Below are positions 46,636 to 55,945 of a stretch of DNA of 64,000 bases, piece after piece. The notes under the pieces were generated by a model, which saw nothing but the letters and a program-made list of their open reading frames with translations, was not told the origin of the DNA and did no database searches. The stretch lies in IMG/VR virus record IMGVR_UViG_2061766007_001347. One strand, written 5' to 3'. Source of the DNA: an uncultured virus (IMG/VR IMGVR_UViG_2061766007_001347). Its lineage: Duplodnaviria > Heunggongvirae > Uroviricota > Caudoviricetes. Position numbers and translations under genes: made by a program. Numbering within the stretch: position 1 is the first letter of the stretch; every line of letters begins with the position of its first letter.

Positions 46636-47979
46636 TTAAGCTTGATCCTGCTGACCTTCGTCAGGATTATCTTCTCCAGTCTTTATATTTGAAGTCTTCT
46701 CTTGAGGTTCAGACTTATCTTTCTCTGTATTAAATACCTGAGTAGCAGTAACATTAGCTTTTATAACAGCGCCACTAAGATCATAGTTGATTGATTTCAC
46801 AGTAGCAAATGTATCTCCATTTGCTGTAATTGGATGTTCTTCACCAAACTCAGTAAATAGTCTAAAGTAAATCTTTGCTCCGGTGTCATTGTTACTAAAT
46901 GCAATTACATTATAACACTCAAATGAAATCTCGATGTTCCCAGCTGAATCACCACCATTTAAGCTACGCTTAAGACTGGCAGACATTGACTGCTCTGACG
47001 CATTACTCACTTGAGAACCCTGACCATCTTTTCCAACGCTACTACCATTAGCATTTTGATTTAAGCTAAACTGTAGTACAGCATTTGTGTTATCAACGTT
47101 GTATGAAAATGATGTCATAGGTATAACACATCTATTATCATACTCTTTTGCCTGTGAGTAAGCAACCTTAGACCCATTTAGCACAAATGCTAATTTTTTA
47201 ATAGTGTCATCTTCTTTCTTCTCTGGGACATTCTTACTAGGGTCGTATTGACTAATTATAAACGTTGACTTTTCATAGTTATAGGTAAGACCAACTGAGT
47301 CTTTAGCAGACTTTACTTTAACATTGGTGATAAAAAATTTAAGCGCTGAATAGATAGTTCCATTTTTCTCTGTGTCATTTGATGAACCGAATACTACATA
47401 GCCAATGTCTTTTGGATAAAGAAATTCAAATATGTCATCAAATTCGCTGGAGTTATGATCATTACCATCTGGATCTCTGTATACACACTTAATGGAACCG
47501 AGATCACCCTTAAGTAAACCTATCATAGCATCTATGTAACCACTAGGGTTAACATATGTACCATTAAAATCAGTCGTTGTTGGAAATGACGGAAATGCTT
47601 TCCACTGTAGCTCAATACTTGGCGGTCCACCGCTAAAGCTAAGCTTCCATGAATCTATTACTCCAATGAAAAGCTTATTACCAGTGAAACACTTTAGCTG
47701 AATTTCTATTGGAATTTGAACAGACTTACCTTTATTTTTAGTCTGATACGTTACAAAGTTTGTGAACAAGATATTCTTATAATCGATAATTGACATCGAT
47801 CCTTTGTAACCAGTACTTGAACTCTTATCTGTATCAGCTGATGGAACTTCTATAGATAAGCTTTGAAGATGAGAATTATCATTCTTACCATACGTCTTAT
47901 GTATGTTAGATACGACATAACCGTCATCAAAGTAAATAGTAACTATGATTTCGTTATAATCTTTATACTGTGGCTGCAT
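46636..47979 (-). CDS. putative baseplate hub protein
   Basis: Gene order (after LysM, before spike); beta-rich. Confidence 0.45.
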   Translation of the reverse strand: MQPQYKDYNEIIVTIYFDDGYVVSNIHKTYGKNDNSHLQSLSIEVPSADTDKSSSTGYKGSMSIIDYKNILFTNFVTYQTKNKGKSVQIPIEIQLKCFTGNKLFIGVIDSWKLSFSGGPPSIELQWKAFPSFPTTTDFNGTYVNPSGYIDAMIGLLKGDLGSIKCVYRDPDGNDHNSSEFDDIFEFLYPKDIGYVVFGSSNDTEKNGTIYSALKFFITNVKVKSAKDSVGLTYNYEKSTFIISQYDPSKNVPEKKEDDTIKKLAFVLNGSKVAYSQAKEYDNRCVIPMTSFSYNVDNTNAVLQFSLNQNANGSSVGKDGQGSQVSNASEQSMSASLKRSLNGGDSAGNIEISFECYNVIAFSNNDTGAKIYFRLFTEFGEEHPITANGDTFATVKSINYDLSGAVIKANVTATQVFNTEKDKSEPQEKTSNIKTGEDNPDEGQQDQA

Positions 47980-47989
47980 GACGAAGACT

Positions 47990-48238
47990 CTATAATAGCG
48001 GTATCTTTAATTGCGTTCCGGCTGGAACTACATTTGGATTTATTATTGCATTGAACCTAGCAATAATCCACCAATGTACTGGAGTATTATATACACGCTG
48101 TGAAACTAAATCTAACCGATCTGACTCAAATTCGGTTACTACAGTTGTATTATACTTATAGTTAGATTTGAATAGATGAGACTGAGGGATATCAGTCTCA
48201 TCATCAACATTGAAATACCTTGAATTCTGGCTATACAT
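47990..48238 (-). CDS. LysM-like baseplate protein (gp53/X-like)
   Basis: DRLDLVSQRVYNTPVHWWIIARFNAI.NP...AGTQLKIP. Confidence 0.88.
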   Translation of the reverse strand: MYSQNSRYFNVDDETDIPQSHLFKSNYKYNTTVVTEFESDRLDLVSQRVYNTPVHWWIIARFNAIINPNVVPAGTQLKIPLL

Positions 48239-48251
48239 AATACCCTCGATA

Positions 48252-49937
48252 TTAGACAGATGTCAAGAAGTCAGCAGCTGCAGTGTTCATCTGAGATACA
48301 GCGTCTGAGAATCCACCAGCAGCTTCACCAATCATAGCAGCGGCATTCATTGCTTGTTGAGCCAAAGCAAATGGATCAGGCTTATCTTCGGCGGCTGGCT
48401 TAGTTAAAGCATCCTTAAACTTAGTAGTCTCTTTCAATGGATCTCCAGATGACTTTTGTAGCGTTACATCTTTAAGAAGAATCATTGTAAATGAAGCCGT
48501 TAGTTCTGAATAATGATAATCAGTTTGAAAAGTCATGTTACCAGATTCATCAGTCAACTTATTACTTGAGCTATCCCAGCCAACACCTTCTTTAACTATC
48601 TCTACTGGGCCAATCTTAAACCCCTCTGATTTATTATCGGTATATGCACCGCCTGTCATTGACCCAGTGTATGATATATTGACAGAAGAAATGTAACCAA
48701 CTCTTGAAATGCCTGGTAGAATTACTCCACACACCTTAGGTATTAGTGACCCATTATCAGTTTCCCACGGGCGAGTAAAACTTTCAGCCATCGTTTCAAT
48801 ATCTCCAAGAGTCATATTATCATCTATTCCCCTTATCTCATCAATATGCCATCTTAAATCAAAAGAAATTTCTATTTGATTTGCATTTTGGTAGTACTGA
48901 TATGGGACTTGAGCTCCTCTTGGAGTAACTGACTCATATGCTGCTGAAGAAGTGTATGAAACAGTCTCAGGTTGTTGAAAGCAAAACAGCATGTTATGTG
49001 CTTTTGTATTTCCTGGTGTGTTTTCATCTTTACCAAAGTACTCAGGAATATCGTATACAATCGCCTGAACAGTACTTAGCTTAGACATATCACTAAGCTT
49101 TCTTTTGTCTACAAAGTTGGTATATTGGCTAACTGGGAATATATTGAAAGATCTAGACTCATCAAAGAATTCACCATTGGCTATTCGCTGAATCAATAAT
49201 GAAAATTCACCAACTAGCATATAAGCGGACATGTACATCTTCCATATATTGAACAACTTATCTCTAATAGTGAATTCTCCAGTAGGAAGTTTATCCCATG
49301 ATGTACTATTATCAGCTTGCTCTGATGATGCTCTGAATGCACTTGAATCATCGGTATTTCTTTTCTCGCTAAGTATATCTGCAACCACATCCTTCATGGA
49401 CACAGCTAATGACGTACTCAGATGAGTATCATCAATAAATGAATCATCAAATTCATACTTTCTCTCTTTAAGTTTATCGTATAATGGAGAGAAGTCTTCT
49501 ATGAGAGGTTGTATTTCAAAGTCTGTGATTGCAATTATGATTGAAGTATTACTTCCATAGTTAACAAACAAGCAGTACTTTGTAGATGATCTATCAAGTA
49601 TGACCCAGCCAAGCTGATTTCCAGTGCCTTTATTAGCAGTATCAATCGTACCATTGAAATCACTATAGATGTTCTTTCCTTTAAAGATGCCGTATCTAAC
49701 ATCTGATTTAATGTCAAGATACTTGAACGACACGGTCTTGGCTTCAGGAAGACCGGCCGCTTTATCATAAAGCGGCTTATCTAACTCTGATTCGTATTTC
49801 TGTGGAAGAGTGCTTGTAACATCTTTCTGCTTAGACTTAGTCTCATTACCCAAAGCCTCTTCCACAAGAATCTTAAATGCATCTACTGTACTATTTTTAG
49901 CACCAAGCGATAGCTTATTATATTCTAAAACTGGCAT
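48252..49937 (-). CDS. tail tube initiator / CIS-tube-like protein
   Basis: QPETVSYTSSAAYE...RG...P.QYY...ISFDL; GYISSVNISY; follows the tape measure gene. Confidence 0.6.
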   Translation of the reverse strand: MPVLEYNKLSLGAKNSTVDAFKILVEEALGNETKSKQKDVTSTLPQKYESELDKPLYDKAAGLPEAKTVSFKYLDIKSDVRYGIFKGKNIYSDFNGTIDTANKGTGNQLGWVILDRSSTKYCLFVNYGSNTSIIIAITDFEIQPLIEDFSPLYDKLKERKYEFDDSFIDDTHLSTSLAVSMKDVVADILSEKRNTDDSSAFRASSEQADNSTSWDKLPTGEFTIRDKLFNIWKMYMSAYMLVGEFSLLIQRIANGEFFDESRSFNIFPVSQYTNFVDKRKLSDMSKLSTVQAIVYDIPEYFGKDENTPGNTKAHNMLFCFQQPETVSYTSSAAYESVTPRGAQVPYQYYQNANQIEISFDLRWHIDEIRGIDDNMTLGDIETMAESFTRPWETDNGSLIPKVCGVILPGISRVGYISSVNISYTGSMTGGAYTDNKSEGFKIGPVEIVKEGVGWDSSSNKLTDESGNMTFQTDYHYSELTASFTMILLKDVTLQKSSGDPLKETTKFKDALTKPAAEDKPDPFALAQQAMNAAAMIGEAAGGFSDAVSQMNTAAADFLTSV

Positions 49938-49947
49938 AATTCTCACC

Positions 49948-52900
49948 TTAAGCATGTGGTAATCTAGCAGGAGCAGATGCACCAGCAGGTCTTTTAACAA
50001 ATGACGCCATATCACGTAAGTATCTTACTACATCTTTCATAGCTAAAACAATTTCATCTTTTGATGAATCTTTATTGTTAGCTACATCCTTTGCTTTAGA
50101 ATTTGATACGTCATATCTAACTTGACCGTTTGTTTGAGTTATTACAGCGTTGATAGCACTTCTTGATAGATTTTGTAAAGTCTCAAGTGGAGTATCTTGT
50201 TTTGCTTTAGCTCCCTCTGCAATAAGATCTGTACCCTCTGCCAAGCCTGAATATAATTTACTATATTCTTCAGGCGTCATTTCTTTTATCGGCTCTTGAG
50301 CTGGAGTGTTTTGCGCTGCTTGTTCAGCTGGTGAAGGAACTATTCCATCTGGATCACCGAGCTGTTTAGTAGCAATATACTTTGATGTGGCTTCATCAAA
50401 CATTCCATCATAGAATCCGGCTGCTACCATACCCCATTTGGCCTTGCGATTCATAGGAACTTCGACTACACCTTTAGATGTAGGAGTTGCTTGAAACTGA
50501 CCCTTTTTATAATTGCCATTAACAGCTGAACCTGAAGCGTTTACCCACTTTCCATCGGTTGTAATAATTCCCATGTGCTGTGGGAACCCAGTGTTATCAC
50601 TCTTATTAGAGAACCCTATCATACCAGGAACAGCGTCATCTAGGTTAACCCTATGTAGTTTTGGATTCTTCCAATGAGTACTAACGGTGCCAGATGGGAA
50701 CTGCTTAAACCCGGCTGATCTAAACGCAGATTGAACTAGTGTATTACAAACAAAGCCGTCACTGTATATAGAATATGGTTTACCAACTTGATCTCTAGCA
50801 TATGCTATAGCATTCTCAGCTATTGAATTTCCTAAAGCCGTACTGACTACAGCTTGAGTAACATTCTTACGATCTTTAGGAGACATTCGTTCTATAATCT
50901 TTTTAATGAGACTTGGCTTTTCAAGTGGGAGAACAGCCTCGCCACCCTTTTCACCAACTATAGCTGCCCCAGTGGTTCTTGGTGTACCGCCTTCATGCAT
51001 GTTTAAGCTAGTTAGAAATTCATAAATTCCTCTAACAAATTCAGAATTAGTTGTAACACTCTTAGAAATAGTCTCTAATAAGCTTCCAGTATTTGGTGGT
51101 AAAGTAGCAACCTGCTGTTGATCTCTTGCTGCATCTAAATATTTCTGAACATCATCAGCTGCTGATTGATCAAACTGAATACCGTTCTTAAAAGCATCTG
51201 AATTTAATGCGGCTTTAAAATTATCAACAGCTTTCGAAGTACTGGCTTCACTTATCTTTCTGTCAGCTTCGGCTTTTGTTATCATAGCCATGTGTTCTGA
51301 TTGATACGATTCAGATGCTGAGACTAATTCATCTCTAGCTTTTGCTATCTTATCAGCATCCTTCGAACTTAATGCTTCTTCAAATGCCTTTTTAGCAGCA
51401 TTAAATCTTTCTTCTTCAGCTGACCCACTCTCTTTACCAAGAAGTGCTGCTTTAGCAGCTTCAAAATCTCTTCTGGCTTGAGCAGTCTCTTCACTTTCAC
51501 CAAAGAATTCAAACTTCTTAAGTAATGCATACTGTATTGACTTGACTACAAGGTTCAATGTATTAAAGCCAGCTGTTAACGGCGCTGCTATAAACTTAAC
51601 TAAAAATTCTTTAGCGTAAGACCAAACAGTATCAAGACCATTTCGTATTATTTCAAGACCACTAGATACAACTGGACCGAGCCCCTCTTGTAAATATTTA
51701 ACAGTCCCAGACAGCCAACCAATGACAGTTGGAATTTTACTAACAAAGTAATTAAATAAGCCATTAGCTGTAACTACGATATCATTTACAAATTTGGCTA
51801 TATTTTTAACCAGGTCAATAATAGTGGTTATTAAAGCTGAAATAGCTTTGAGAGGCGGCTCAATTAGTTCTAAGATGAGATTTACTATGTGGTCAACAGT
51901 ATCTGCAACAGTCTCAAGAATTGCAGCAATTGGAGGCATTAGTACATCAACCAACTTAGTAAAAGCATCAACAATTGGTGGTAATAGTGTCTGAACTGCA
52001 TACTTAACAATGTCTATAACTGGCGGTAAAATAATTGTAATAAACTTATCAAGAATACCAAGTACTTTTGGCAATACTTGCTTAATCCCATACCCAATAA
52101 TGTCTAGAATTGTTGGCAAGTTTTCAGCTATCGCTTTTGCTAAAACGTTTACACCTTCTGAGATAAGTCTAATTGGCTCTACAAGAGTAACAATAACTTC
52201 TCTAACAGCATCGACTGTAGATATAATGATTTCTCTAAAGCTATCAATGAGATCAATGCCAAGTACTTTTATGCAATCAATCAGTGATAAACCAAGCTCA
52301 CGAATTGCTTCTATTGCTGGAAATACCGCTTCAGCAATAGTTTGAAGAACCTGAACAATTGCTGGAATTGCTGGCGCAATCGCATCGATTAGTTTGTTTA
52401 TGCATTCTACTACCTTTAAGACGATATCTTTAATTGCAGGTACAGCGTCACCGATTAGTTTACCAATCCCATCAAAGAATCCCTTAAATGTAGGAGCAGC
52501 TTCTTTTAATTTTTCTCCAATGCTTGTTGATGCATTCTTCAAACTCCCACCGGCGTTCTTAAGAGAATCTTTTGTTTTTGACATGTCAATGTTAGACATA
52601 GAAGTCTTAATAGCATCAACCATAGCTTTAGAATCATCTGAGCCTGAAAGCTTTGACTTAAGACCGTCAATAGCACCAGAGATAGATGATCCGGCTTTGC
52701 CTAACATTCCGCCATCACCAAAGAAGCCGGAAATTGCACTTTTAATTCCCTTCCATATCTCAGGTAAAAGATCACTTATGCCACTAATTACATCTTGAAT
52801 GAAACCTGGAACTTTACTTATGAACTCAGCCAGCATTGGTTTTATATTGTCAAAAATCTCACCTAGCTTTGGCTTAATCTTATCCCAGTTTGCCACTATA

Positions 52901-54345
52901 GCAATAATGGCACCCGCAGCACCAAGACCACCTAGAACCCATTTTGTGATACTGCTAGAATTTAACCAGATGGCCTTTAATAAGCCAGACACAAGCTTAA
53001 ATCCAGTCGTAACAACCTTACCCATATCAGCCGAATCACCGAATAACTCATCAAGAGTATTTGCAAATTTACCAGCTGCGCCACCTAAGAAAGCGTTGTC
53101 GAACTGACCAAATGCTTTTTGTAATTCAAATTTAATTTTACCATCAGAAGCATTGTCAGATAGAGCCTGTTCATTTTGTTCTCTTGTGCGAAGATTCGTG
53201 CCAACATTTTGACCATTGGCCTGCATATTTTTAATAGTAAGCATTTGATTAGCCATCTGTCTAGTAGATTCATCACTAGAACTAGCCATAGCTCTAAGTT
53301 GCTCAGTAGAATATTGACCAGCTTTTTCTACTAAATTCTGCCCTTCGCTACCTATTTCTTGAATGCCACCCTGAATAGCAAGTAAAGCGCCGTCAACTTC
53401 TTCAGTTATACCATTGGCAGCTCTACGATTGTTTGCTGCCATCTGTGCGGCTTTCTCCCAATCTGTAATAGCACCACCAGCATATTTAGCTGTACTCGCA
53501 GAACTTTGTGCAATCTGAGATATTACTTTATCCACGCCAACAGTAGCTCTTTCTGATTCAGATACTGTAGCTAACTGCTGCTTAATAAGTTGACGTGCAC
53601 GAGGGTCTGTTGCGGCTGTTGTTATTTGTTTAACAGCTTCGGTGCTAGCTTCCATCGCATACTTATACGCTTCAGCATCGTCTAACCCTGATTTTCTTAA
53701 AGCAGCGTATTTAGCTCTCTGCTCTTCACCCATGGCCTCAAGGTCATGACCGCCAGCCTGTAACGCGTTATAGTACTCAACGATCTCAGACTTATCCAAC
53801 TTAAAACCTAGTAAGTCCTCTACCTGACCCTGAGCCTCATTAGCCATCATTTGAGATCTATCTTTCTCTTCTTTAGTAAGAAAGTTTTGTCTCATTAGCT
53901 TTGCATACTGAGTCTGTGTTTTAAGAGTATCATTCAACACACCAAGCAAAGAATTTTTAAGATCATTAAGAACGTTCTTAAAAGTATCTTTAAGATCTTT
54001 AAGTGCGTTTAAGTTATCTTTGTGCTGCTTGCCAGCTAATGCTTTATCTATTGCTCTGTTGTTAGCCTCAGACGCCATACTCTTTTTCTGGCTACTATTT
54101 ATTCCAGACAGAGCTTTCTGTACTGCACGATCATTGCTTGAAGAAGCTTTACTTTGACCTCTAGCAATCTCATTGGCTGTGTTCTGATTATTGAGTGAGC
54201 TGTCAAAAAACTTCTTAGCTTCTTTTTCGTCAGCACTTTTCTTAGTAAGATATGAATATATTGCATCTAGCGTTTTGTTGGCTTCATCATCAAATGTGAA
54301 TAAAGGCTTGCTAGTGTCTATGTTAAAATTAGTCCCGCTTTCCAT
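49948..54345 (-). CDS. tape measure protein with C-terminal NlpC/P60 peptidase
   Basis: Long amphipathic repeats; HEGG...VGEKGGEAVLPL; VGKPY...VCNTLV...PG...HMGI. Confidence 0.88.
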   Translation of the reverse strand: MESGTNFNIDTSKPLFTFDDEANKTLDAIYSYLTKKSADEKEAKKFFDSSLNNQNTANEIARGQSKASSSNDRAVQKALSGINSSQKKSMASEANNRAIDKALAGKQHKDNLNALKDLKDTFKNVLNDLKNSLLGVLNDTLKTQTQYAKLMRQNFLTKEEKDRSQMMANEAQGQVEDLLGFKLDKSEIVEYYNALQAGGHDLEAMGEEQRAKYAALRKSGLDDAEAYKYAMEASTEAVKQITTAATDPRARQLIKQQLATVSESERATVGVDKVISQIAQSSASTAKYAGGAITDWEKAAQMAANNRRAANGITEEVDGALLAIQGGIQEIGSEGQNLVEKAGQYSTEQLRAMASSSDESTRQMANQMLTIKNMQANGQNVGTNLRTREQNEQALSDNASDGKIKFELQKAFGQFDNAFLGGAAGKFANTLDELFGDSADMGKVVTTGFKLVSGLLKAIWLNSSSITKWVLGGLGAAGAIIAIVANWDKIKPKLGEIFDNIKPMLAEFISKVPGFIQDVISGISDLLPEIWKGIKSAISGFFGDGGMLGKAGSSISGAIDGLKSKLSGSDDSKAMVDAIKTSMSNIDMSKTKDSLKNAGGSLKNASTSIGEKLKEAAPTFKGFFDGIGKLIGDAVPAIKDIVLKVVECINKLIDAIAPAIPAIVQVLQTIAEAVFPAIEAIRELGLSLIDCIKVLGIDLIDSFREIIISTVDAVREVIVTLVEPIRLISEGVNVLAKAIAENLPTILDIIGYGIKQVLPKVLGILDKFITIILPPVIDIVKYAVQTLLPPIVDAFTKLVDVLMPPIAAILETVADTVDHIVNLILELIEPPLKAISALITTIIDLVKNIAKFVNDIVVTANGLFNYFVSKIPTVIGWLSGTVKYLQEGLGPVVSSGLEIIRNGLDTVWSYAKEFLVKFIAAPLTAGFNTLNLVVKSIQYALLKKFEFFGESEETAQARRDFEAAKAALLGKESGSAEEERFNAAKKAFEEALSSKDADKIAKARDELVSASESYQSEHMAMITKAEADRKISEASTSKAVDNFKAALNSDAFKNGIQFDQSAADDVQKYLDAARDQQQVATLPPNTGSLLETISKSVTTNSEFVRGIYEFLTSLNMHEGGTPRTTGAAIVGEKGGEAVLPLEKPSLIKKIIERMSPKDRKNVTQAVVSTALGNSIAENAIAYARDQVGKPYSIYSDGFVCNTLVQSAFRSAGFKQFPSGTVSTHWKNPKLHRVNLDDAVPGMIGFSNKSDNTGFPQHMGIITTDGKWVNASGSAVNGNYKKGQFQATPTSKGVVEVPMNRKAKWGMVAAGFYDGMFDEATSKYIATKQLGDPDGIVPSPAEQAAQNTPAQEPIKEMTPEEYSKLYSGLAEGTDLIAEGAKAKQDTPLETLQNLSRSAINAVITQTNGQVRYDVSNSKAKDVANNKDSSKDEIVLAMKDVVRYLRDMASFVKRPAGASAPARLPHA

Positions 54346-54370
54346 ACTGTCTTTCTCCAGATAAAGTAAA

Positions 54371-54402
54371 AGCTCTATGTATTTTGATATGTACATAGAG
54401 CT
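54371..54402 (-). terminator. hairpin with ATATCAA in the loop, upstream of the tape measure gene
   Basis: AGCTCTATGTA/TACATAGAGCT. Confidence 0.65.
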
Positions 54403-54434
54403 TCATAGATCAGTTGGATTGTATCTTCAGATCA

Positions 54435-55487
54435 TTATATAATTACATCGAAATAACGATTTAGAAATCTCTTAAGCTCATCAATCGTTTTCTTATTTGA
54501 ACTTGCATATCTCTTCAAGCACGAAACTATGCTCTTAAGTGGTATGAATGAAAACTCATCTTTCAACTTAATCACTACTTTATAGTTTGGATCTTGATTG
54601 TCATCAGAATCCAGAGTGAATACACCAGGTCGTCTCATTGAGATTAAGTTGTAGTTATAAGCTTTTATAGATTCAACTGCATCTGATAATGCATATTGAC
54701 CATTTGAATCAAATCTTGCATTCTTCACAACAGCCGTATTGGATGTAGTTTCAAACCATTCATCAAGCTCTTTGTTAGATTGATACGAATAAGGATATGA
54801 AACATCGTCTGATTTTGCAACGAAGTCAGCTATACCAAGATCAGTAAATACTACAAAATGGAAGTACTTATAGCTATCAACAACTTCACCAAATATGTTC
54901 TCAGTAGAGACTTTCTTTAGTGTTGGCTGGTTTTCTGCTTCATCAACTACACGAGTATCTTCAACGATAATGCTATCTCTAACTGATTCATTAGCTGCTA
55001 TAAATGAACGGCTGTATGAATAATCACTATCAAGCTGACGAACGTACAAAACATAGTGCTTACTCTTAAAATAGTCACATTCACATAGGAAGTCTTTACT
55101 CATCTTAAGAGCAGCAACATCATTTGGAGTCTTGCTTGCTTTTGTTGACACTAACTCAAATTTGCTATTCATATAATGAATATTGTCAGTGTCACGATCA
55201 GAATATGAAAACCACGGTAAAATATCCTCATCAGTAAACCCAGACGTCTCTAGATCCTTATAATCTTGTCTAGTAAATGACTGTATGAGATTATTTGTGT
55301 TTACCTTGACTTGACTAGAAAATCTATCTACGAGTGATTTAGCACTACTATCATTAGTGCTTGAAGCTGGAGCCTCATTTACAACTTCAGTTTTACTTTG
55401 CTTTTGTTTATTTGTTTCAGACTGTCTAAGTTTTGATAAGATATCAGCCAAACCTTCATCAATTCTAATACCGCCTACGTCTGCCAT
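54435..55487 (-). CDS. hypothetical protein
   Basis: 350 aa ORF; GGAG RBS. Confidence 0.65.
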   Translation of the reverse strand: MADVGGIRIDEGLADILSKLRQSETNKQKQSKTEVVNEAPASSTNDSSAKSLVDRFSSQVKVNTNNLIQSFTRQDYKDLETSGFTDEDILPWFSYSDRDTDNIHYMNSKFELVSTKASKTPNDVAALKMSKDFLCECDYFKSKHYVLYVRQLDSDYSYSRSFIAANESVRDSIIVEDTRVVDEAENQPTLKKVSTENIFGEVVDSYKYFHFVVFTDLGIADFVAKSDDVSYPYSYQSNKELDEWFETTSNTAVVKNARFDSNGQYALSDAVESIKAYNYNLISMRRPGVFTLDSDDNQDPNYKVVIKLKDEFSFIPLKSIVSCLKRYASSNKKTIDELKRFLNRYFDVII

Positions 55488-55499
55488 ACTAAAACTCTC

Positions 55500-55838
55500 C
55501 TAGTTTATGATTTGGAAAAAGTAGCAAATCTTCTTATGAAACAGTTCAATTGTTTCATTATTCTTTATCATGTCTTTTCTTACTACTCTATCGCTCTTCA
55601 ACAAATACACCATATATCTACCATGTCTATCTTCAACATAGAATTGGAACACATGTGGTGATCTGTAAAAGCTGAGATATAGACTTCTATATCTTCCACT
55701 AGTAAAAATAAGCTTTACATTCTTTTTATAGCGGGTTTTGATGATTGTCTGTAGACATCTTCCAACGTCTTCTAATGATTTTATGCAATCTCTTTTATCT
55801 ATCATAGCTGTACTCAAATTAAGTAATGAACAAAGCAC
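55500..55838 (-). CDS. basic hypothetical protein
   Basis: ORF track; start uncertain. Confidence 0.5.
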   Translation of the reverse strand: MLCSLLNLSTAMIDKRDCIKSLEDVGRCLQTIIKTRYKKNVKLIFTSGRYRSLYLSFYRSPHVFQFYVEDRHGRYMVYLLKSDRVVRKDMIKNNETIELFHKKICYFFQIIN

Positions 55839-55892
55839 TACATCATATTATGTATTGATATAGAAGCGTGAATAAGTCACTCATACAAACAA

Positions 55893-55919
55893 ACCCCTAT
55901 ATGATATACATATAGGGGT
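55893..55919 (-). promoter_or_regulatory. terminator after the sheath gene with embedded TGTATAT box
   Basis: Minus strand ACCCCTATATG-TATAT-CATATAGGGGT-TTGTTTG. Confidence 0.7.
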
Positions 55920-55945
55920 AACTATTATGAACTTATTTATTCAAA

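Noticed and set aside
51794..53107. Plus-strand ORFs opposite the tape measure gene, and similar short antisense ORFs throughout
   Set aside because: They are shadows of codon bias in the minus-strand genes, with no RBS or recognisable motifs.
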